A DNA stretch of 53,940 nt from Macrostomum lignano. Lineage: Eukaryota. Made by a program: the position numbers and the translations under genes. Positions within the stretch are counted from its first letter, which is position 1; every line of letters begins with the position of its first letter. A model generated the notes under the pieces. It worked only from the letters and a program-made list of their open reading frames with translations, had not been told where the DNA came from and ran no database searches. The DNA is taken from positions 1 through 53,940 of the forward strand of contig NIVC01004232.1 in the NCBI GenBank assembly GCA_002269645.1, given 5' to 3'. This document shows positions 25,605 through 37,046 of this stretch, piece after piece.

Positions 25605-27560
25605 AGAAGCGTCATGTAAAAATCATAGAAGTGTCATATAAAAATGATAGATGCGTCATTTACAAAATCATAGAAGCGTCATATAAAAATCATAGATGCG
25701 TCATTTAAAAAATCATAGAAGCGTCATGTAAACAATCATAGAAGCGTCATGTAAACACTCGTAGAAGCGTCATGTAAACAATCATAGAAGCGTCATGTAA
25801 ACACTCGTAGAAGCGTCATGTAAACAATCATAGAAGCGTCATGTAAACAATCATAGAAGCGTCATGTAAAAAATCGTAGAAGCGTCATATAAAAATCATA
25901 GAAGCGTCATGTAAACAATCATAGAAGCGTCATGTAAAAAATCGTAGAAGCGTCATGTAAAAATCATAGAAGGGTCATGTTAAAAATCATAGAAGCATCA
26001 TTTAAAAAATCGTAGAAGCGTCATGTAAACAATCATAGAAGCGCCATGTAAAAAATCATAGAAGCGTCATGTAAACAATCATAGAAGCGTCATGTAAAAA
26101 ATCGTAGAAGCGTCATGTAAACAATCATAGAAGCGTCATGTAAAAAATCGTAGAAGCGTCATATAAAAATCATAGAAGCGTCATGTAAACAATCATAGAA
26201 GCGTCATGTAAAAAATCGTAGAAGCGTCATGTAAAAATCATAGAAGGGTCATGTTAAAAATCATAGAAGCATCATTTAAAAAATCGTAGAAGCGTCATGT
26301 AAAAAATCATAGAAGCGCCATGTAAAAAATCATAGAAGCGTCATGTAAACAATCATAGAAGCGTCATGTAAAAAATCGTAGAAGCGTCATGTAAACAATC
26401 ATAGAAGCGTCATGTAAACAATCATAGAAGCGTCATGTAAACAATCATAGAAGCGTCATGTAAAAAATAGTAGAAGCGTCATGTAAAAATCATAGAAGGG
26501 TCATGTTAAAAATCATAGAAGCATCATTTAAAAAATCGTAGAAGCGTCATGTAAACAATCATAGAAGCGCCATGTAAAAAATCATAGAAGCGTCATGTAA
26601 ACAATCATAGAAGCGTCATGTAAAAAATCGTAGAAGCGTCATGTAAACAATCATAGAAGCGTCATGTAAACAATCATAGAAGCGTCATGTAAACAATCAT
26701 AGAAGCGTCATGTAAACAATCATTGAAGCGTCATGTAAACAATCATAGAAGCGTCATGTAAAAAATCGTAGAAGCGTCATATAAAAACATAGAAGCGTCA
26801 TGTAAACAATCATAGAAGCGTCATTTAAACAATCATAGAAGCGTCATGTAAAAAATCATAGAAGCGTCATGTAAGCAATCATAGAAGCGTCATGTAAAAA
26901 ATCGTAGAAGCGTCATGTAAACAATCATAGAAGCGCCATGTAAAAAATCATAGAAGCGTCATGTAAACAATCATAGAAGCGTCATGTAAAAAATCGTAGA
27001 AGCGTCATGTAAACAATCATAGAAGCGTCATGTAAACAATCATAGAAGCGTCATGTAAACAATCATAGAAGCGTCATGTAAAAAATCATAGAAGCGTCAT
27101 GTAAACAATCATAGAAGCGTCATGTAAACAATCATAGAAGCGTCATGTAAACAATCATAGAAGCGTCATGTAAACAATCATAGAAGCGTCAATTAAAAAA
27201 TCATAGAAGCGTCATATAAAAATCGTAGAAGCGTCATGTAAACAATCATAGAAGCGTCATTTAAAAAATCATAGAAGCGTCATGTAAACAATCATAGAAG
27301 CGTCATGTAAAAAATCGTAGAAGCGTCATGTAAAAAATCGTAGAAGCGTCATGTAAAAAATCATAGAAGCGTCATGTAAACAATCATAGAAGCGTCATGT
27401 AAACAATCATAGAAGCGTCATGAAAAAATCATAGAAGCGTCATGTAAACAATCATAGAAGCGTCATGTAAACAATCATAGAAGCGTCATGAAAAAATCAT
27501 AGAAGCGTCATGTAAACAATCATAGAAGCGTCATGTAAACAATCATAGAAGCCTCATTTA
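25605..27560 (+). repeat. 23-bp satellite (unit 4)
   Basis: Same monomer as unit 3. Confidence 0.97.
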
Positions 27561-28369
27561 AAAACTAATGAAAGTGTCATTTAAAAAATTAAGAAGCGTC
27601 ACGGTAGAATAAAAGAAACGTCATGTCAGACATGAAGGGTTCATGTAAAAATTAAGTGCAACTATAATGCTGTGCTGGGGAGAAAAACTGAGACGTCAAG
27701 GCTCTCAGAGAATAACTGAGATTACGGGGGGGGGGTTCTGAGATGTCAAAGCAAAAGTCAGAAGCTACTTGAAAGTTCATGTACTTTACTCAATTTTTTT
27801 ATTGCATTCTTTGTTGGCTCGTCACGGGGGGGGCGCCGATAGAAGAAAAGTCATGTAAAAAATAAAAGTACCACTATGTATACATAAAAGAAAAGTCATG
27901 TCGAAGTTAAAAGATTCATTTGGGAATTGCTACGATGTCAAAGCTTGGTGGAAATCGTTATAGTGCTGTGATTCTTAAAGAAAGAATCACTAAAATGTCA
28001 AGGCTTAGGGGAGAAGAATTGCTGAGATTTCAATGCTTTAGGTTGGGTTAAAGTTAGGTTTACGTCAGGTTTGGGTTGAGGGTTAGATTTTATCGGGTTT
28101 CAAGGTTAACAGGGGATTTTTTAGATTTCTAGGTTTATAGGGGCTATTGCTGACATGGTAAGGCTTACGGGGGGAATAGCTGAGATGTCAAGGCTCACGG
28201 GGGTATAAATGAGATTTCAAGGCTAAAGTCAGAAGCTACATGTAGTTTATTGAAAACTTTTTATTACATTATTTGATGCCTCCTCAGGGGAGGGATCGCT
28301 GATAGAAAAAGCGTAATGTAAAAAATAAAAGAAGCTTCATGTCGAAGTTAAGAGATTCATTTGGGAAGG

Positions 28370-28430
28370 TTAGGTTAGGGTTAGGGTTAGGGTTGGGTTA
28401 GGGTTAGGGTTAGGCTAGGGTTAGGGTTAG
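28370..28430 (+). repeat. Interstitial telomeric repeat (TTAGGG)n
   Basis: Paralogue of 24703-24764 in unit 4. Confidence 0.92.
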
Positions 28431-28740
28431 AAGGTTGACAGATATTTTTAGATTTCCAAGGCTTATTGGGCATTGCTGAGATGTCAAGGGGGGAAGTTGA
28501 TAATATGTTAAAGCTTGTGGGGGGGGGTAACTGACATGTCAAGGCTTACAAGGTTTGACAGGAGATTTTTTAAGATTTCAAGGATACATGTAGCTTATTA
28601 AAAAAACGTGTATTGCATTTCTTTGGCTCCCCAACGGGGGGCGTAGATTGCTAGTATATACTAAAGTTGAAAATGTTTGTTTATATAATCTGCATCTCTT
28701 TTCAAAGTGTTTGACATACAGACATGGGATTTGCACCTTA

Positions 28741-28915
28741 CAGTGACCAATGCCACTTTATAGACAATGACCAATGCCACCTTACAGACAATGACCAATG
28801 CCACCTTACAGACAGTGACCAATGCTACCTTATAGACAGTGACCAATGCCACCTTACAGTCACTGACCAATGCCACCTTACAAACAGTGACCAATGCCAT
28901 CTTACAGTCAATGCC
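28741..28915 (+). repeat. 24-bp minisatellite
   Basis: About 7 copies of gtgaccaatgccaccttacagaca. Confidence 0.9.
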
Positions 28916-29814
28916 AAAAGATTGCAGTAACCTACCAATCATCATCATTTCACTAAAAACTAATAGTATTCTATTGCCCCTTCCTCCACTCACAAATCCA
29001 ATGATGGCCATATCAACGTATATATTAATAAATGCTATAAAAATGCTACAAATAGCATTTTGCCTCCATCGTTCTTTCCCGTACTAATACAAAATGCCAT
29101 ATCATAAAATCAGCATTCATACAAAATTTCTTATATATTATTTTTTACTCATTACACCTGGCCTACAGCAAGTGGCCAGAGTTATAGCCATTAGCACAGT
29201 TGTAGCTTTCTGCATGCAGTGCGCAATGTGTCTAAGGGCTGTATATAGATGAATAGTCTTTCATTAACTAAGGGAGCCACCACACCCACTTAGAGTTAGT
29301 TGATCGGTATGGTATATTAACATCTTATATTAGACAGATTAGAGGTATAATACAATTGAATAAGAAATTCGGAACTTGTTAAGGGCCATTGCAAAATTCA
29401 ATTGTAGAGAAGCCTTTTGGTTAAGGCTTTTTGCTTCTAATTTATTATAACTATACAGTACTCTGCAAGATATTCCACTAGATGGGACACTGGATGGGAG
29501 ATGGGTAGATGGGACACCCAGAGGGTGGGGGTACCACCTAGTTTATCTCATCTTGACTAGGCCTAAATGAAAGCTAGATATAAATTTATAAAAAGTATTT
29601 TCTCTTCTTTTATCTACAGTTTATATTTGCTTTTCTATTCTATATAGCCTAGAATAATTGCATTGCGGAATTATTTGATTGCAAAAAATCTAATTTTTAT
29701 TTAATTTTAGACCTATCTCTCAGATTCCCTGTACAACTATATGCATATTGGAAAGTAGGCCCTAAGACCCTCACTCACTCACTGAAGTCCCTACTCATAG
29801 TCATAGTCATAGCC

Positions 29815-29926
29815 GGCAATCTTCAAGTTTCGTTCGTTTAATTATTTCCGGAATTATTTTCGCCCTCTATTCAAGGGTGGTGGGGGGTGGGTGTTGGAAT
29901 TAAACGAACGAAACTTGAAGATTGCC
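29815..29926. mobile_element. 112-bp Merlin-family MITE
   Basis: 29-bp perfect TIR ggcaatcttcaagtttcgttcgtttaatt; 8-bp TSD tcatagcc (29807-29814 and 29927-29934). Confidence 0.88.
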
Positions 29927-30963
29927 TCATAGCCCTATGGCCAAAGCCCATAGGACTTTATATAAAAAACAAAACCATTTTTTTCTTGAATCCTTGACCT
30001 CGATTTAAGGAAATTAGGCCTAGATTTTATAGGCCCATCCTAGGCCTATACAATAGCTAGAGTTAAAGTTTACAGGTCTAAATATGCAAATAGACACAGA
30101 CTTGAAAGTTGAAAGCCTGATTTGCATTCCATAGCCTAGGCCTATTCTAATTTCCTAAGGGGAAGGCACTAAAATGTCTTATCATTAGACAAAAAACTTA
30201 AATATATCTATACATGGTAACATGGACATACACACAGGGATGGATCCATCAAGGACTGCTTAAGTAGTCCTTGTGATCTATACATAATTAAGGTACGATT
30301 ATGACTGTCATTAATTAGATCATTCGATCACTACTCTTGAAATTGATATTATTTTTCCCCAAGTCAAAGTCATATATGTATGTATAAACTCAAGTCAACG
30401 ATTTACAGTTAAAAAGATAATTTAAACTCAACACTTAGTCAACAAAAGTTTAGAACACAATTTCGTGCCTACTCAAAGCACACAGAAAGGCTTAAAAATC
30501 TAATTAAGATAGGAAATTTTAATACAAATTAGTAAATATTTAAGTCCTGCGCACATCTTTTATGTGTTATATTTAGAAGCACGATTATTTTTTCTAAGAA
30601 ACATACAAGTTTGAAAAGTACAGTAGGCCTAACGTTCTTTTTCAGATTCACATCTTGTTGATTGCTAGCCTACCTAGCCTGATACGATATGAAAGAGGAT
30701 AAAGACGATCTACGCCTATCTAAGGTCAGTCTTGTCAGACTAGCTCTTCAGCTGACTTAGCTGCTGAATACATTTTTGTTTTCTATAAAAAACCATACAT
30801 TTCATTGCACAGTGTCAGTTGTACTCGTAGGGTGCAATCCTGTTACTGTTACTTCTTATCGACCCTAGACCTTGATAAGTGCAACAATGATATTTTAAGA
30901 AATTTCCAGTGGTGCACTATATAGTGTTTAGGCCTAGGTATATCTTTTATTGTACACTTTATA

Positions 30964-31833
30964 GGCAATCTTCAAGTTTCGTTCGTTAAATTATTTTTTC
31001 GATGATTTCTGAATTATCTTGCTCTGAGATGATTATTTTCGAGTTCTCCAGTGTGCCCAGCCCTTTCCTAGTTGAGAAAGTAGCAGTTTTGTTAATATTA
31101 TATATCTAATGTACCGTAAAGCCGGAAATAGGCCTATAAGATGCAAACAAGCAAAGCTAACATGTAACGCTGAGTACAAACAGACAGAAATAGTAACACA
31201 GTGGGGTACAACAGGGGCAGTAGTAGCAGTCCAGTTCAGTAGCAACAGTTTAGCACATAGAACTTAATGCTTAGACATTATAGTAATGTGCGATCCAGTA
31301 TAGGATGTTCCCAAATGGATTGACAGGGTGCAGACGGCGCCATATGAACTCATCCAGGTAGGTTTCAAACAGGGCCTGTGATGTACCGTGCATTGCCCTT
31401 AGCTTGGCTGCAGCTGGTTGCACTTGTGCTACTGGTACAATAAAAGTGGGTGCCGCTGGTCGTCCTGGCATAGTGTATTAGTCTTATAGTGTATTAGCTG
31501 CTTGTCTATTAACTGCTTATGATACTACTCCATGCCACTCCTAAGGCTAAAGCTGCGTACAGTAGCATCTTTATTCCCCATAGACGTTCTTTGCTAAAAT
31601 GCCACGTCAGTGAAAGCCACGTCATCATTACGTTACCCTAATATGGGCCATAGACATTCCTTTGCCTACCAACGGCTTTACAGTACATTAGAAATATAAT
31701 ATTAACAAAACTGCTACTTTCTCAACTAGGAAAGGGCTGGGTACACTGGAGAACTCGAAAATAATCATCTCAGAGCAAGATAATTCAGAAATCATCGAAA
31801 AAATAATTTAACGAACGAAACTTGAAGATTGCC
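30964..31833 (-). mobile_element. Internally deleted Merlin (IS1595-related) DNA transposon, 870 bp
   Basis: 161-bp TIRs with about 3 mismatches starting GGCAA; 8-bp TSD actttata; internal minus-strand remnant MHGTSQALFETYLDEFIWRR...FGNILYWIAHYY resembles the Merlin/IS1595 transposase C-terminus. Confidence 0.88.
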
Positions 31834-32271
31834 ACTTTATAGGCCTATGTAATGTTTTCTACAATAACAAACTTTATAGAAAAAGAATAGGCCTATAAAA
31901 AAGTAAGAATAAAAAGATGGCAAAAAGATACGAATAAAATGTAAGGAAAGTTCATAGGCCATATTATAAGGCTTGCTAAAAAGCCAATTTTTCAAAACCA
32001 TAAACCATTTAAAAGCCAAAGGCAAATGTCATACTCATAGGCCTAAAACAAGTTTTTGCCAAGGGAGTAGGAGTTCCCAAAACTTAAGCCTCAATATAAA
32101 TGCATAAAGTCTTAAGGTTCAAAATACTTGGTTATGTATAGATTAATGGTTGGGCTGATAATATATCTTAAGAATTTATGTTACAATTTTTATTTAGAAA
32201 AGTATAACATCAATAAATTAAGCCTACTTAAAAATTAAAATTGTTTTTTTATTCAAACAATGTGTTTAGTA

Positions 32272-33153
32272 CCTTTTAAACTTTGTCCAACTTGGAATAT
32301 TCCAACCATTATTCTAACTCGTAATGCAGTTAAATTATAAGTTAGAATAGTGGTCGGAATATATCATTCTGACTCTTATTCAGACTGATAATTTGGTCAC
32401 TGGTCAGATTGTCATATTCCATTTCATCATATCGGATGACAAAGTGATCAAAAGCAAAGTAGCTTGAAAAATAATATGACAAAGTGACCAAATATTTAGT
32501 TATGCTAGATACTTTGTCATCAATCAATGCAATCTATGTATGTAGGATTCGAGTTTGGATAAACTATTTTTTGTTTAATAACGATAAGTTGTGGCAAGCA
32601 GAATCGATTGACAGGTTTTATCAATCAAGATGACAAAACGACTAGGATCATTAAGATTCCAAGATAGGGCCTATGTTTGATTGTTACATTAATTCACTTA
32701 AAGTTAGAATTAATATGATTGGTGGATGACAAAATGACTCTTCAAGTAGTGCATGTTAATTAAGATGACAAAGTGACCATAGCTAAGGTGAGCACCCCAG
32801 ACACCCAGATGACAAAATGACTAGGAACTTGATAATTTAGGATGTTGCAAGAGTCTAAATATCATTCTAACTCCTAACCCAATCCATAATTTAATTTATT
32901 TTATTTTATTTTAAAATTTTAAGCAAACATTATTTTTTTAAAGTTTGCTTCATTCTGTGCATATTTTGTTGAAGTAAATATAAAAAATTCTGCATTCAAC
33001 AATCAGAATAATATTTAGACTCTTGCAATATGTGTTAAATAATCAGTCAAATAAGAGTCAAAACACTCCAACCATTATTCCAACTTGTAATTTAACTGCA
33101 TTATAAGTTGGAATAATGGTTGGAATATTCTGAATAGGATAAAGTTTAAAAGG
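32272..33153. mobile_element. Degenerate foldback/MITE-like element with TIRs of about 90 bp
   Basis: ta|ccttttaaactt...gaatattccaaccattattc is mirrored at 33065-33153|ta; nested inverted pair at 32845-32870 and 33003-33027. Confidence 0.6.
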
Positions 33154-33479
33154 TATGTTTAGTTGTGTTTAACTAGCAACAACTTGTATTGTATGTTTAA
33201 TATTGGTTTTTCATTTGCATTTCCTATTGTCGTCCTAGCCAAGGTCCAAATTGTACTAGGCCTAGATACTACCTTTTTCTGTGCTAAACTGCATTAGCAT
33301 GCAATATTATGCCTATATTACTAAAGGCCAATCTGCTAGACACTGTTCACATGGCCATTGCCGACAATAAAGCTCAAGAGATAGCATAGCACTCAGGTGT
33401 ATAATTAGCAATAGTCTAAGAAAAAGCCAGAAAATCTGGGCCCTTTATATCATCTTTATATAGGCCTATGTAACCTACT

Positions 33480-35450
33480 AATATATTAGAAGGTCAATGC
33501 TATATCATTGTTAAGCATATCCATACACCCAAGTTTTAATTCTACAAAGAGTGCTAAATATCCTCTAAACTGCTAACTACTTATTAAGGCAAAGTCAAGA
33601 TTAGCTTGAAAAGCTTCATGATTTAAGAACAAACTTGTAAGGCCAATAAGCTAGCAATTCAAAAATAGCAATAATATTGCTTAAATTTTTGCCTTGCAAT
33701 TGTCTCAAGTTTACCATATAACAATTAAAAATAACTTGAACAAAGCTTAGAATGAAGGTCATCAAGACAAAAGTCTTTTAATTAGACTTGCAAATTGTTT
33801 GCATTAGCCAGAATTTCTTTATTCAAATCATTTTGTTTTTGCTGCTTGCAGAAAAAGGGTCTCTATCTATTTTGCAATCCTCATTCTAGGCTAGTTAAAC
33901 CTAAAACCAAATGCTTAGATAAATATTTAAAATTTTATAAAAGTAAATTTCAGATTTTGCAGATCTTATCAGCAATAGCAACTTTTTATTTGTAGTCTAT
34001 CCATTTTTTAAATTCTTTATAAACTGACTAAGATCAACTATTGCCATACAATTAACTACATACTCAAATATAGTTCAAACAACTTTAACTCACTGATCAA
34101 TAATATATTATAATAGCCTAGCAACAATGTCAAAGAATTCTATATCTAGTAAAAGAAGTACATCATCTAATGAAAAGTTATATAGCATTTGTTGTTTGCT
34201 ATCTAGCCTAGAAGACAAACTTCTAGGCCTATTAGTACTTTGTATGATTCCTTTCTATTTGGTCTTTTATTGGAATTCATTCTAGAAAGCATGATAGGTC
34301 TTATCTTTGTGCATAGCAGTTACTAGAGTATCAAGTCCAGTTGTTATTCATTGCTGCAGCATTTGGAACCTTGCAGCATTGTTGTAAACATTTTTATTCT
34401 TTTGTTAAGAGCATTAGAAGTATGAATGTCAAAGAAGACTTAATTGTTTTTGCACATATTTCAGTAGACCTCTTGCTTTGGACCAGACATCTAGTGTAAA
34501 TGATTTAGTCTTCAACTATTGACTCAAATTTTAGCTAGAGTATTTGAGCACTTGCTAATTTTGCAAGTGAAAACCCAACAAATGTGAGTAATAGAACCCA
34601 ACATAAAAAATGCATAATGAATAAAGAAACTATCATTAATAACATTGAAAACAATATTACTAAAACATTTGAAATATAAGAAAAACTATGCTAATAAACT
34701 AATTTCAGGTTGGCAATGCCTCAACTTGTTACTTTATGATGGTTTACAAAGGAAACCAGTTTAGTTATGCAGCATGTAGCTACAAATTGGAGTGCTCCAG
34801 TTGAGCTGCTCTCTCTACTCACACTCAGTGTATTTGAGCCTTGTGGCTCTGCTCACTTTAACAAAAAGAGTACCACTTAATAGTTTTGGCCATAGAGTAT
34901 GCACTGTGGTAATAACTAACATAAGAGATTTTCTATAAACCATCTAAGCATCTAACACAACTCAATGTCAATAAGCCAATGTCAATGTCTATGGCATCAA
35001 AAACCATTTTTCCATTCACTTAAGTTAGGCCTTATGTAGACCATGGATGATTTAAAGAAGTCTATCATATATTTCTATGTTGCAAGACCATTCAAAAACT
35101 CTTTAGTCAGGAAAATTGATAAAAGTCTTATGTCTATCATACCTTTGTTTGCATTTAATAGATCAGTGATTGGATTAATGGCTAAAAACCCTTGGAATTC
35201 TGGCAGCCCATTCAGGTCAAACAATTTGTCATTTCCAAGGGCTATTTCAACCCATTATGTGGTTGCCTCATCTTTGCTCTCATCAGATTCTGAATCTATA
35301 TTTTCCAACTCTGTTTTTGACTCAATCTCTATTGAGTCATTGCTTGATAATGTATCTTCCAAATTGGAATTGAGTCTTTGTCTCCACAAAGTGTCACTTT
35401 TAGCTTTCTTTTTTAGGTGCATAGAATCCATTTATGGATAAAGAAGGTTT
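33480..35450 (-). pseudogene. Fossil hAT-type transposase with many stops and frameshifts
   Basis: Minus-strand fragments *RIFSTLCRIKTW (about 33525-33570; cf. hAT dimerisation ERSFSxLRRIKTW), KARGLLKYV (about 34455-34485) and EFFDIVARLL; upstream acidic tract. Boundaries approximate. Confidence 0.55.
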
Positions 35451-37046
35451 ATGCAAGGACTAGTAGAACTATATAGTATACTTTGCTTTTAGGGTATGCC
35501 TCTAATTAAGCAAAAAGACCAGTTTGTCTATAGCCTGCTCTGTGGGCCTTTTGGGCTTTTAAGCAATCTTTTAGAACTAAGCTTAAGTGCAAAGTGGTTT
35601 AAAGTATTTTTGTCTCTATTTTGATACTTGCTAAGACTAGCATTAGTGAATAGAAGACATTTTATATAATAGCAAATCTTAGCCTATCCCTAGTATAAAG
35701 GCCTTGCATAGTCAGAAGCAATTTTTTTATATTGGCTTTAGACAATAGGCCTTAGTATACACTATGTAGCCTACTAATTGCAACTGTTCAATTGTAGAGG
35801 GTAGTATTAGAGATGTGCTCTAGGGTCCAAAAGGTAGATACCAAAGTTGACACATAGCAAGGCCAAGTGTGCTAAGTCAAGCAACTTCTCTAGCACTCTA
35901 GCATTTCTTATGCTATCCTATAGTCTGAAAGATAGCATGTATATGGCAAAATAAAAATTTGCTTTGAAAAAACTATATGCTAGTATATAGCAAAAAATAC
36001 TTTCTAGTAATAAATGTTGCACCAAAAAATTGCAAAAGATTAAGGTAAACAAAATGAAGACTATATACTTAATACTAAGATTGCTATTTTTAATATTATA
36101 AATAGTAAACAATTTTTATATTAGCCAGCATTTAGAATATTAAAAATACTTAAAAAAAACAAAAAAACATTCCTAACATTATATCATGTATGTCATATCA
36201 CTTAATTTGTATGTCTAAAATTGCTATTTGCTAGTCTATATGCTAGCCACATTGATTTTTTATGTATGCCAATTTGTATGCCAAAGCTGTACCTCTAAAC
36301 CACTATGTACACTGAAAAATTCTGGCATATAGACTATCTTCAATACTATTATGGCTATCTAGGTCTAATGTTGTATATTAGAATAGTCTTAACCATTACC
36401 TAGAATAGCTAGGCTAGATAAGTCATGATAATTCACTATTAGTATTTGGCTATAGTGCTACGGTCTATTGTTTGAGTTAGCTCAGCATAGCCTAAAAAGC
36501 ATTATTTGATTATTCAAATGCTTGCCCATTAGGCTATTTTCCTTTAAATGAACCTAAGTATACAAGATAATCAGTTTATTAAGGCATGAGACATCTATAA
36601 TAGTGAGACATCTACTATTACAATTTAAGATTCATTAGCATCCTTGATAATGTGCTATTGAAGCTATTGTCCAATAATTGATACAAGTTTATTTTGCTAT
36701 ATTTATGGGCAAGTCAATGCTTTGGTTTGTTGAGATGTCTTGCTAGTTTTACATCTCTAGAGGCAGCCTTGAGTTAGAATGGGGCTCAAAATTGGTTGCC
36801 TTCGCCTTCTATGCATTCTATGTCAAATCTGAAGCTAAATAGTATAGATGTTTCTCATAATGACCACAAATCGGAACTTTCAGTTGTCTTGGCTATAAAA
36901 GCATAGTTGCACCCGGCTGCAAGCTTATATATCGACTCATCCTTGTCTGAATTAAATACCATGTAATTATGCCCATGCTTATATTATGCTTATGCTTAGC
37001 ACGCAATTACACACTCCAGACGTCTGCAAGCAAAAATTGGTCTCCA

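Larger units (their letters stand above)
12233..28654 (+). mobile_element. Head-to-tail array of five non-autonomous Helitron-like units
   Basis: Array lies between host A (12232) and T (28655). 5' ends TC(T/C)(A)TATACTAAAAATG at 12233, 13304, 20910, 24989. 3' GC hairpin plus CTAG at 20876-20904, 24960-24988, 28626-28654; degenerate ends at 13238-13264 and 17201-17234. A conserved head of about 650 bp is repeated at 13304, 17234, 20910, 24989. Confidence 0.8.

Noticed and set aside
12701-28654. CRISPR-like appearance of the regular short repeats
   Set aside because: Monomers are contiguous with no unique spacers, no cas genes, and the context is eukaryotic.
35043-35441. 132-aa plus-strand ORF
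   Set aside because: Reads as the antisense shadow of a decayed minus-strand acidic coding region.
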